Shown here piece by piece: positions 14,201-26,733 of a stretch of DNA of 64,000 bases. Made by a program: the position numbers and the translations under genes. The stretch is from Kudoa neothunni (taxonomy: Eukaryota > Animalia > Cnidaria), in the NCBI GenBank assembly GCA_964304625.1, contig OZ199838.1, forward strand, positions 13,211,843-13,275,842, read 5' to 3'. The first letter of the stretch is position 1, and each line of letters opens with the position of its first letter. Below the pieces are notes generated by a model. That model worked only from the letters and a program-made list of their open reading frames with translations, did no database searches and was not told the DNA's origin.

Positions 14201-17200
14201 CGCTAATTCAACCGTGTGTGTAGTTTTGAGTATTATTAATTATTTCATAATATAAAGTGTAGCAATGGACTATAATTGATTTAATTAAACAAGATGTAAA
14301 AATGGGTCGTATCTGCAACCTATAAATGAGAGCTATAATGATTTAAAACAGGAGCCACCAAGATATGTCCCTCCGATGCTTTCATTCCGGCTCGCGGTAT
14401 CCTCCTTAAAACTCAAATGCGCGGACGCACACATACCTATATCGGTTCGTTTGAAAATTATAAGTACTTTACTCTAGTAGATTATTGTCGATTAAGACTA
14501 TTCATTTTGTTCCTTATGATGGTTCTATATAATTTTTATTAAAATAAAAGGGAAAATCTACGCGCTAATGTATTAAAGTTCTGAATTTAAAACATACGAA
14601 TCGATAAGATACACGTTTCAAGGTTTATTTGATTCTCATGTTTCTAATAATTCAAAATTCCTAATTATTTATACTTTTAAGTTAAGTTTATCGGATTGAT
14701 TATTCTAATTTTTAAGCAGGTTGAGTTCAATTGATTTGATGTTATTAATTTTAAATGATGAAGCAATAATCACCGTTGCTTAGATGTTCCTGGTATTTTA
14801 TACAATTATGGACTTATATTCAAATGGTAGTTAACCCTCTAAGGTACACAAAAACGACCCCACTCCAACTAACTTGGGTTCTTTTTGATCCCAGGTTTTT
14901 ATTTTACGATAGTTAATAACAAAATATTTCAAAATGCCATACGAAATTTTGAGAAAAATGTGATTCATTGAACCTGTTAATCCAACAAAATCCTATTCGG
15001 TAGGCTTATATTACGTTCCGTAAATTTGCGTTTAAATAAATCAACAATCTTTCATACTACAGAGAGAGAAACAGATATAAGCGAAACAAAAAAATTTTTA
15101 ATTTCGAAGCCAATAAATTTGTATTTTGAACATTGATTATACTTACTGAAATTTTGATTCCATTATTTCGATTTCTTAGGAAAAATATGAATCGAATGTT
15201 TTAGTTACATTCTGATCCTTTGATTGTTAACAAGTAATGTTCAATGGAAACATAATAAATATTATACTGTTTAATTTTAAACATCAAAGATTGATTAAAA
15301 GACTAAGAATTTGCATTCTAAACATGGAACATCTTTCACGCTTGACTTTATCGTTCAGCGAGTTTGCCGAATTGACTTCGGGAGGATAAGTTTCCCAACG
15401 AATCATCTTTTTCTCAAAATTCAGCCGGTAGAAATTTTATAAAATTTGTGTGGCATTTTGAAATATTTTTTTAATAACTATCGTAAAATAAAAAACTGGA
15501 GTCCAAAAGACCCCAAGTTCGTCGGAGTGAAATTTTTTATTTCAATGCGAAATTTTGTTAATTTTTTTAAAGTTTATTAAGTTGGAAATATCGTAATTTT
15601 ATGGAAATAACATGGATTTCAAGTGTTTCGAAGGAACAAGTAACATAATGAATTTAAAACTACTTTGGGATCCAAAAGACCCCAAGTTCGTTAGAGGGTT
15701 AATAAAAAACGCCAAATTTCTAACTTGGAAAATGAACGTCTTATTAGCATCTACCCAACTTGAGTATAATTAAATTAATAAATTATGAATTTTATACTTT
15801 AAAAAATTGCAATTCTTTATTACAACAAAAAATACAACCAATATCTGGGTTTTTTAATTATACCATGGATGACATGTCCGCAATCCCATTTGGGGACCTC
15901 AAACTCGAAGTCGAAGTATACTAAATTTCCATACAAGAGTCAGTTGATAACTAAACATCTTAATGCATTTCTTATCATTGGAATTACTGTTTTTGTACCG
16001 AGATGGGATACGCCTTCATCGGACAGGATTCAGTTTCGTGTTACACATTCTAATAAAATTCGTAATTTTTTATATTTTTTTCATTTTTATAACTGTTTAT
16101 TGAAAAAAACCATTTTTTTAATCCGGCCATCGAAGTTTTTGAACATCAAAAACGCGGCCCAGTCAAAAACTTTGGTGACCTCTGATTTAAAAGGAAATTA
16201 GCACGGGTGCTGGAATTGTACGACTAAATTTTATATAGATCATAAGCGCGAACCTAATAGATATGATTATCTTAAGCGAAATTTTTCATATTAAATCGTT
16301 TGTAATAATATATGATAATGCATGATTGTATATTCGGTAAAAATGGGTTTTTTGGATTCATCAGATAGATTATGAAGCAAAATTCATTAACTAAAAAAAG
16401 TTAAATTTTATATTTGATATGATTATTTTAAATAGAAGAGAGTTGACTAAATTTATTTGATTTCATAATTTGTAGTCCGACACATTACGGAGGTTTTGCT
16501 GGATTCAATCCGTTTAATCTTCGGATTAGTTACTGCTATTATTTTTTTTCACAGAAACAACAGTGATCGTTTTTCAATATTAAATTGAATGAAAACTGTT
16601 AATAAATGCAATTTTTTTGAAAATCGATGGATGTGTCATCCTTGTTAAGGGTGACATATGCCATTTTTCGATTTTAATTAATTTAAAGCCATTTCATTTT
16701 GGTAGATGAGAGCTGTCTATTTATGGTATCAGAGATATTGAGTAATAGATTATTGAGTGTGGTTGAAAGATAACTGCACCATGGCCTCAAACAATCAATA
16801 TTAATTCACTGAGCGCCCCAATTTCAAATCCGCCATTAATGCGACACGTCACAATCCTACCACTACTGTTATGTTGATATTTAGACCTAATCTTATTAGA
16901 CATTTTAAATCATTTTTCGTTTCTACGGTCTCGATTATAGCTCGATCATTGATAAGATTTTTTTCAATCAGTCGTACCTTGTAGCCTATTAATTTTGGAA
17001 ACGATTAACATCCTATTGATATTCTAACATAACAATTGGTAGAGAAAAAAGGCCACTCCAAAAATAAGATGAGCGAATCAAACTCTTCTTACTCGGATGA
17101 CTCTACATCGACTGAAACTTTGAATTCGAAAACCAGATCACGTCTAGGAAGCGCCTGTGATGATCTCAATAGGGAGGTTTGGACTATGTTCACCGGAGGA

Positions 17201-17488
17201 CATAAAATCATAAAGCGTGGTTATCTTTACAAGAAAAAAGGGTTCGTTCCCAGGAAACGTATGTTCATCATCACTGATGCACCATCCATCCTGTATGTGG
17301 ACCCCGACAACATGGAATTAAAAGGAAATATCCCCTGGACCAAAGAGTTGTTCTGTAGCACCAAAAATTTCGTTTCCTTCTTTATACACACACCAAAACG
17401 AGTTTATGTGCTGGAAGATCGCACAAACAATTCCAATCTATGGATTAAAACAATTGAAGAAGTGCACAGAAACCATTTTGGTGGATAA
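8243..17488 (+). CDS. PDPK1: 3-phosphoinositide-dependent protein kinase 1 (kinase + C-terminal PH domain)
   Basis: Kinase motifs GEGSYSTV, KLYCTFQDEESL, HRDMKPEN, DFG and RANSFVGTAQYVSPE lie in short-intron exons (8243-9657). A phase-1 intron 9658-17042 joins them to a PH-domain exon (KKKGFVPRKRMF...LKGNIPW...FFIHTPKRVYVLED). Confidence 0.95.
9903..12986. mobile_element. hAT-type MITE (~0.6 kb) split by a MULE insertion, inside PDK1 intron
   Basis: Ends CATGGGTTCTCAACC / CAGGGTTTCTCAACC. Both halves align with the uninterrupted copy at 44928-45522 (opposite orientation). Confidence 0.85.
10073..12562 (-). mobile_element. Mutator-like (MULE) element with decayed MULE-SWIM transposase
   Basis: About 135-nt TIRs and 9-bp TSD attcttaaa/atccttaaa. 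ORF remnants include FPEVMFMDVPYKL (MULE domain) and a SWIM-like CNC...LPCVH (~11330-11370). Confidence 0.9.
13530..13605 (-). other. tRNA-derived sequence (pseudo-tRNA or SINE head)
   Basis: B-box GGTTCGAATCC, A-box-like GAGCAGAGTAG and a partial acceptor stem. The cloverleaf is degenerate. Confidence 0.5.
14835..15698. mobile_element. piggyBac-like non-autonomous element inside PDK1 intron
   Basis: TTAA on both sides, CCCTCTAA...TTAGAGGG termini and repeated subterminal tccaaaagaccccaagtt motifs. Confidence 0.85.
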
Positions 17489-18373
17489 CATTGATAGAGC
17501 ATCCGCCTAAACACACTCTTGCCTATTCAACTCATTTATGTATATTTAGATCAATCCCTTTCATCATGTTTTCACCAAGCTTTTTTTTGACTTTTTTGCG
17601 CGATAAATATTCCCACTTTTTATACTTACGCATTTTTATCTTTCTATTAATTATTACATCTGAAATGAATTTTAATAATGTTGAGATATGATCTTTATTT
17701 TAAAAAAATAACACCTAAATAATAATTTAATGCTTTCTTGGGGTCTTTATTTATGAATCTTTATTGCATAAAGCTTTGCATCATTTCTGGAAGTTCGAAA
17801 TGCTTCTATAGAGGCTTACCTTTCAACATTTTTATTTTTAATAAATTATCGTTAAGTTGTTTAAGAACTAAAAATAAAAAAATTAGAAAGTATTGTTGTC
17901 ATTTTGGTATTATTAGATATTCGCGAGAGTATCCGAAAAGTACGATACAATCCAATGATGCTTGTGAATAATAATATTCATTTTTATTGTTCATCAATAT
18001 GTTCCAAGTTTATTTACTTACCATGGTCCATGTAATCGTTAACTAAGATATATTCACGCTACCGCACTACTTTTATATTCACATACTTGGACTTTAGTTT
18101 CTAGCCAATAATGTTGTTTTACATATAAAGGAAATTATTCAATTTAACTTAAGTTGAATTTTCAGTTAACTATTTTAAATTTATTTGGAGTTCAGAGAAT
18201 TTAAACTCATTCAAATGGACTTTTTGCGGGGTACGGCAGTTAGCACACGCGAAATTTTGTAGCATGCTGTACCGGAAGGGTTGACAACTTGTTTTATTTT
18301 AATACGAACCACAGAAATGAATAGAATGTAAAAATATCTAACTACACACAGTTCTTAATAGATACACTGAAGA

Positions 18374-21300
18374 TTACTCTATTGGATTGGAATTATGGAA
18401 TTGTTTAATCAACTTAATCATTCCAATTATCTGGAAAGCTTGGGTATGTGAACATAATTCTTTCCCCAAAACAGCGTGCATACGGATGAGACTGGCTTCA
18501 AAATGAGATTTATCCTCGACGTCTAATGTTCCAACACTGATATTTCCAGATTCACATGCGGCTAAATTCAGACGAACATAGAATCATCAAAACACACCAA
18601 CATTTACCTATAACACTATTGGCAAACGTTAGCAGTGTACCCATTTGAGAGGTGGAACGAATAACGCTAAAAATGAATATATAAGCGTCGGAACACAAAC
18701 ATTGTGACTACTCGCAAATAAATTTGATCATTTGATTGAGTGTAGAGAGTGAACAATATCCTACGGCGTTATCCAATGAATTCTGTCTGATCAATTCTTG
18801 GATAACACTAACGATAATATGTTCTGGGTATTTCCCAGGCTAAATTTTCGAATACATCGTGAAAATTTGTTTTCATAGAAAAATAAAAACTTAATAACAG
18901 TATCGTTTCCTAATTAGAAAATTCTAGAATAAATTCCATCACAAAAATTACAATTTAGTAAATCATTCAATTTATCATCCCCACAAAATTACATCATAAA
19001 TTAAATTAATATATAATGCAATTAATAATTCCACGGTTAATCTTACATAATATTTAATGTTTTATCTCGAGAGGAGTTTTTTAACCAAAAATTTATGAGC
19101 TCTCTAACAAATACAGTATATGAACAGTTTTATAAAAATATCACTTATTTTATAAATATTAAATTAGAAAAATTATTATTATTAGTTAGATTTTTAGGAT
19201 ATTTTGAATTAAAATAAGATAAAAAATAACCAAAACACCAACCACGTGATTATCCTGTTTTACGCGATTATTTAGATGGATATTGTTTATTGATTGGTGC
19301 TTTTAATTCTCAATAGCTGGTCAAGTCTATTTAAAAATAATATTACTTAATAATATAAAATAAGAACAATATAACCCTCCATTGTGAGGGAGGAGGAAAA
19401 AATGCTATTATTCTGGAATCCCGCGTACCATACTTTAGCATACGTATTTTCACTTTTAAAAATAATTAGGAATTAAATGAGGAACTTGAATGTGAATCTT
19501 TTACATCGATACATGAAATTTAATTAACCGTAATACTGGTTTTCTAGACGAACATGCTTATAACCGAATTCGATAAAGCAATCCAAGTAAATAAAATGCT
19601 GCCCACATATTAAATGAGTGAAATAGCCACTAAAAAGTAATTTGTTCCTAGACATAAAAAGTAAAATTAAAAGCAAATAAATCTTTATGTAGAGACTGTT
19701 GCCGCTAATCTAATTATCACTTCTAACCGGAGAGCTCAAACAATTATGCACAAGATATTCTGCCGATTATATAGACAAAATTAATGCTTCAGCTTTATTA
19801 AATTTGAAGCGCGTAGTAATATTAAAATATTCAAAATCTTGAGTATTTACATAATAAATTACATATCAACAAATTAAAAAATATATTAAAAATTCTAAGA
19901 TTCAAAAGAGTGTCACAACATTTAAATATAAGAATGTGTATTTTGTTCTCAGGGTTTTTTTTTAATAAATTAACTTTTATCATTTACATTATATCCAGCT
20001 ATATTTAAAGGGCGATATTAAAAAATCATATACATAATGGCGCGTTAAAATGCGTAAAAATAGCCAAGTGACTTATTTTACGCATTTCTCCTCACCTACG
20101 AAGGTATTACGTCGAATTGGTCGCCTAACACAATTTTAATTTCACAACTATTTACTGATTTATAACGGAGCGGGAACTATAAATAATTAATCACTCCAGC
20201 CTCCAACGATTTTGAAATTAATAGGATCAAAATTTCCAATAAATATATTTACATTAAACAAAATAATTTAAAATTAAATTACTGAATATCACAAATAATT
20301 ATCAATACAACTGTAACTAAATTCATATCAAATAAAAATTAATCTCCCATAACCTGATTGTTTTTTGTTCGATGGGGGTTCGTCCACAATAACTATTTTA
20401 TATAAGGCATTGATTAAGGGCACATTTTTAATCCTTAATGAAAACTACACACGCGCAATATTCATTTTTAATCGCAGAAACTCCCATTTACAATTGATAC
20501 ATAACGTTGTTCTCTATAATATGCCGTAGTTAATTATGATTCGTCTCAATAGCCATTTAATTATATGAATAATACCTTAGAAAATTTGATAGCCGATGAT
20601 ACCATCGATAATAAATTATTTCAATTTTTTCCGAAATCGATTACATTTCGTTTCAATTCAAATGTTCAATACTAACAATATATTGATATGCCAGTGATAA
20701 CGAATTGATAGTTTAATCAAACGTAAGATATTACAAGGGATTACTTCATATATTTATTTTCAGATTACTCAAAACTGCCGTATTCAAAAAATGAATTTTT
20801 TTAAAAATCACCACAGCATAATGTGTTGTCATAGTAATCCTAATGTATTTAGATACAACAGACAACATTGATATTATTACAGGTGAAATGATTAAAATAA
20901 ATTAACAGTAATTTTTTAATAATTCATAACAGAAAAACAAATTAAATCTTCAGAAAATAGATACTGTATGTAATTAAGCAGAATTTTTACCGTAAAAATC
21001 TCTTCCAATGTGGCTTTATATTCGAATTTGCGTAGCAATTTTTCATATTTACCATATTTTATGTGTTTGGACTTTTTAGCAATCTAAATTTCACAAAAAT
21101 ATTCAAAGTCAACGATTGAATTAATCATTCGCTTATGAATTTGATATAAGGTGAATAAACTTCATTACTTGGACAGCTTTTCCCGCCTTAATTTGACTCG
21201 CAACAATTTTGGAAGTTGTAACATTTTCATTATTTGAAAGATTTCCGCTTAAAAACTTTTCATCGACATTCATCACATACAAATGTCCAGTAGCAGTTCC

Positions 21301-23004
21301 GATCACAATACGATTATCATCCTTCTAAATTGGGGATGAAACAAATAATAAAAAGACTAGAATTGGTACCGATTTCGCAAGGGTCATTACTGGTGAAATG
21401 TATTGTGACGATTGTAATACTTTATGAGTTAAAATATCGTGAATTTTTACGGTTCTACAAAAAATAATTTAAAATTTTTTACCAAGTTAATAAAATTTTT
21501 GATAATAAATAGAGAAACATAATTATCTGGTTATAAAATCCAAATGACAGACTAAAAGAAAAATAATAGAAACTTCAAATTAACAATTCGCTATATCATT
21601 TCATTCAAGCTCATTAAACAATACTTAGGAGTTAAAAAATGAATTCAATTACGATCTAAAATTAATCTAGCTGCTATTGGCGTAAATAATATTTTTGAAT
21701 ACCTGTCGATCGAAGAGGTTATTACAAAGGAGTTTGCACAAACAAGGTCGATAGAAGTGACAGTTTTGATATGATTACTGAAGCCATCTACTTCTGTGCG
21801 AGAAGAACCAACAGTATCCCACAATTTAACGCAAGTGCCACCTAATAAGTACAAGTGTAGTAGCGAGTACTTGGCATTCAAATCAATCAATAATACTTCC
21901 AGTGTAAAACATATTTCCATTTGTGGTTACTTTGATGCATTCTACTGGACGGTCATGTGCGTAGGAACGTTGAGGTTTGCCGGTATTTTTGGCGCGAATA
22001 TCCCACACAAATACATTGTGATCGTAAGAACCGGAAACAAAGATATTAGGATTATTGGGTAGGATCGCACCACATCTTACATAATCCTAATTGAGTTTAC
22101 GAATCAAATTCCTCAACTAACTATGACGCTTACTTGATGGCCCTTAAAGGTGGTTATACATGTAGATGCAGCGATATCCCATAGCTTACAAGTGCTATCA
22201 TCAGCACAGCTGATAAGGTGCACTTTATCTTTGGTGAAAAAGCACGCACGTACATCTCTAAAATTATCATAAGAAGTTATATCTCCAACCTTACATCAGC
22301 ACATTAAACAAGTGAATAACTCACAATTACTACGCAATTTGACTACACACAAACAGGATATAACTTAATCATTATCAAATTTTAACTCTAATTATATTTA
22401 TCCGAAAAACAACAACATCAAATTATAAATATTTCACAAAATCAATAAAATATAATTTTTATCAAAGTCGTTAATTAAAAATTAAGCAGTTACTAAGAAA
22501 TATCAGCAAATACTTTTGATGACCGACCAATTCTCTCAATAAATGACCTTTGCTTGTATCAAATATTACAACTGAAGATTCGTTAGTTCCACACGCAATC
22601 ATAGCTCCGTCTTGACGAAACTCTCCACCATAGAAATGCTGTATTTTGTTGTTAAACGTTTTGACAATTTCATCACTGTGGCCAGTATACATCGAAATCT
22701 ACCCCAAATTGTATATCACATCAGAATATAGAATAGAAGATAATGGTTAGAGTGAGTTACCTTAGTTGAACTATTTACAATATAATCATAAGGATTAATT
22801 GCACAAACACTAACGTGATTTATTGAAGAGAATTCTTTGGAACACTTTGGAGACTAAAAATCACCAATTTATCAATCACATCTTCCAACAATTTCAACAG
22901 AAGATCACTTTGAATTTTTCCCAATATTTTTTCGCTTCATTTCTTCTAACAAAATTTGTCGGTAATGCGACAATATCCAATTTTTTGTATTGCGATTTCG
23001 ACAT
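18374..23004 (-). CDS. UTP15: U3 snoRNA-associated protein 15 (WD40 + UTP15 C-terminal domain)
   Basis: Spliced translation contains FRQDGAMIACG, KGHQDYVRCG, SGSYDH, SNHIKTVT and YEKLLRKFEYKATLE. After a 2151-nt intron (18840-20990) it continues PEHIIVSVIQELIRQNSL...QIIGMIKLI to TAA at 18374. Confidence 0.92.
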
Positions 23005-23337
23005 AACGAGCCGCTCTCCGACATAAATATACGAACAATTACGATCATTTGATAACAATTATCTCAAACAGAGTATAGCATTATTTACGCTACATTTGGT
23101 TCTCGTAAAATAAATTCAACCAATTTGAAAAGTTTATTAAACCATATCTCTATTATTACCACACCAAAACCAACCCTATCTGAGGTACTATCATTAAAAT
23201 AACAACTATTACGTTTTTAAATAATTTTGTTTCACGTAAATAATACAAAAAAGGATTGACTTGATTATTATGTTACTGCTGAATTAACCGGAATACTAAT
23301 TTCGTAATCTTCTCGAGTAAAGTCGGATTGGTGAAAT
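23005..23337. promoter_or_regulatory. Probable bidirectional promoter (UTP15 / ubiquilin)
   Basis: Only 333 nt separate two divergent start codons. Inferred from gene geometry. Confidence 0.6.
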
Positions 23338-25169
23338 ATGGATGACACATCGACTGACCTTACATTACAGATCAAGACTTCCAAAGAAGTCAAGTCTGTA
23401 ACTATCTCCAGTTCTGCTACTGTCACAGAGGTAGTTACAATTTGGTGTTGATTTTCGAAATATAATAGAATCTATATTACAATTAGTTGAAAGCTCGTGT
23501 GGCTGAAGCTTTCAATGTGTCAACCGACCAATTGTGTTTGATTTGCCAGGGCAAAATCATGAGAGATATTGAAATTCTTTCCAGTTATTCATGTATTTGA
23601 TTGGTATGATGTGTGTGTTTGTATTTATTTGTTTGTGTGTGTAGCTTTGGCGAAAAATCCTCATATTGGTCTCGTTATTAAAGGAGCTTCGAAAAAGGTA
23701 TCAGATTTGAAGTTTATAAAGGATGTGATTTTTTGTGATGTAGAAGATCATCAATCCTACACCTGCGGCTACTTCAACATCTGCTACCGCTGGTGCAATT
23801 CCAGACCAGTCTAAACAACCATCTTCCTCCAACCAATCTTCTGCTCAGTCACCATCTTCTCTTCCAAAACTTGATGAAGGTCATATTTCAATGGCTTCAA
23901 ATTTGATGAAGGTAACTTTGTTTTTTGTGTAGTTTTAGTCTTCATTGAGCATGTATAATTAGAATCTACCTTCTGATTATTTGGATATGATCATCAAACA
24001 GAATCCCATGATCAAAAAGCTATGTGATGTAAGATGATCGTGTGTTCTTTGTTTTTCGGATTTGCTAATCTAATGGATTGGTTTGATTGTAGGAAAATCC
24101 TGAATTGAGAAGTCAAATGACTGGAAGCAATATTAAAAAAATGGCTGAAATGCTATCGAACCCAACTATGGCGGCCGAGTTGATGAGAACTCAGGAGAAT
24201 ATGATGCAACAAATTCAGAATATACCCGGGGCGGCAAGCCATCTTGAACGAATGCTGAACTCTTTCCCCGATGCCCAATCGGTATTCGTCACATTTTTGT
24301 GCAATGAATGGATTTAGTTTTAGGAAAACCCATACGCTTATGACGCCGCAAACAACACCTCATCATCCAGACAAGATAATGTTCGACCTAATTTGTCTGG
24401 CGAACCGGTTCCCAACCCATGGGATCGGCAATCACATACCTCTAATCAGACATCGGCTGAAAGCTCTGGTGGTTTCCCTTCGCCTCTTGGTATGGATTTT
24501 TCTGAGTTGGCCAAGTAGTTACATACATATTCGGTAAAAAACGCAATCTGATAATCGTTTGTTGTCGAATGTAGTTTATTTGCGAACCCAACCAATCCAA
24601 CCGGTGAAAATATATTTGATGGTGAACAACTTGATAGAGCTTTTCAAGAAGCCATTCTCGCCAGCTCATCCACCAAAAAAAATGATAATGATCAACCTAC
24701 CGATGATACTTCTCAAAACACACCTTCAATGCCAACTAGTGTAAATGCACTGCTTAACCCTTCCATCCTTGCCGATCTCTTGAAACCTGAAGTTATGAGA
24801 GCATTCACCGAGATCAATAAAAATGTTGATATTATAAAAAGAGAAGCTCCTCATCTTATTCCATCAATTTCAAGAATCTTCTCACTTCAAAACCCATCAT
24901 TGGCTGGTACTAATCTCGGACAATTAGCTAACGATTCATTGGTGTCATCGTTTACTGGTGCTAACGAATCCAATCAAACTCCGCAGACAACCACTCAATC
25001 TACACCAATCGCCACCATTGAACTACTCAGAGAACGCTTTAGACCTCAACTAGAAAGTCTCAAGGACATGGGACTTAACGATGAAGAGCTCAATATTCGT
25101 GCTCTTGAAATAAGCGGGGGAAATGTTCAATTGGCTTTGGAGTGGTTGTTCAAAAACAATTTTATATGA
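23338..25169 (+). CDS. UBQLN: Ubiquilin (UBL - STI1 - UBA)
   Basis: N-terminal UBL (IKTSKE...QLCLICQGKIMRD), STI1-like NP repeats (ENPELR, MLSNPTMAAELMR, IQNIPG, EPVPNPW) and C-terminal UBA (ERFRPQLESLKDMGL...NIRALEISGGNVQLALEWL). Short GT-AG introns. Confidence 0.92.
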
Positions 25170-25500
25170 GGTGAACCACATACAACCAATCCACTTATTC
25201 AATTCACATTACCAACCGCCATTTCCCATCATTTATACATTATCAAACAACTATATTCATCCTCTCTTGTCCATTCAATTCATACAAAAATTGTACCTAA
25301 CTGCTCTTTGAGTATCGTTTCTGATTATTAGATTTTTGTTTTGAATTTTTTTCTCTCTTCCCACCCTTCGGTTTTCAGCGGTGCATTAACCTACGTTGTT
25401 ACTGTTATTTCCGTTGTTCAAATTTTTTTCCATCTACCTATTTAATTTCTGCTGACCTGTGCTATGCGTTTGATAAGTTTGATTGGGGGCATATTTTTAA

Positions 25501-26733
25501 CCTTACCGGGGTCATTCGTGACCCCATTTTTGGTAAATGTTTGTTTTTACCTACTTAAACTTTTCATTTTAACTTTTGGGTTCATGTAATCTTGGATTAA
25601 TGTGTATTGTTTAGAAATACAAAATTTCAGTTAAATATTAGTATTCTTCGGCTCATAAATTTTGTTTAATGTTACGTAACACTGATTATATTATTTAAAA
25701 CTATTTGATACGGCTGTATCAAGTGTATTTAATTTTTAAATAAAAAAATGATCATTCCAGTATTTATTGTCACGACCAAACCGAGGAATATTGTAATTTG
25801 AAACCATTCTTGTTATCTGTTATAAGATTCCTAAGATGGAGTAGGGATAAAGAGATTAATCCCTCTTTTATTGTCGTCCAGATTATTGCGCGTTGAAAAC
25901 TGAACAGATTGCCTGATGTGCTTCCAAAATATTTTATATTTATTTTTTCCGTGAATTAATTTTAAATTGTATTAAATTGAAAGGTGGCCATATTTTACTA
26001 AAAATTGATAGTTTAGTCTAATAATTAATATATTAAACTTAGTCGAATTATTTCTGTGTCATGATATATATCGCCAAATTTCAACTATACCATAGTCTAT
26101 AAAACTAACAAGTTATCATTTATGTTAATTGTTTGAATTTTTTGTGAAATTAAGCTAGGCCATTTCCTTATAACTATTGAAATGATTAAAACCAAGTTGA
26201 AAGAAATAAGTTTTGAATCATATTTATATTCTGATTAAAAATATTTTCACTCATAATTCAAACAAATTCATTCTTATTTATTTAGAATCAACATTATTAT
26301 TTATTTCTCAAGATGTGTTGTAAACATATCTTAGTGTAAATCAATAATGGATTACCGAACCTCACAGGAGTTACTTCCTGTTAGTGCCATGGTCGAACAG
26401 TCTAATATTGATATTAAAGTGGCGGAGAAGTTTCTATTTTGTTACGTTCAGTTAAAAATGAAACCGAAATAGTTATATCTGTTGCATCTACCATTTGAAG
26501 TTTTGTTTGGATAAATTTAGTTGGTAGTATCTCCCGATATGGTGACGATATTTTAAACATATATTTTAATGTTCAAAAGATTAATTAATCCATATATACC
26601 AAAAGTTAGGATCATACTTAATCAATATAGTAGAAAACCACTAGGGCCGCTGACTGACCCCCATGGGAACACATGTAACTTTTTTGAGCACGGTCCTTCT
26701 TGGGCTGAGAAAATTTAAATAATGGTTAGAGTG
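25501..26733. mobile_element. Degenerate piggyBac-like element
   Basis: TTAA flanks, subterminal GGGGTCATTCGTGACCCC palindrome and a related motif near the right end, which reads GGTTAGAGTG-TTAA. Confidence 0.55.

Noticed and set aside
20730-20840. Frameshifted UTP15 C-terminal exon
   Set aside because: The real in-frame C-terminal exons lie at 18374-18839.
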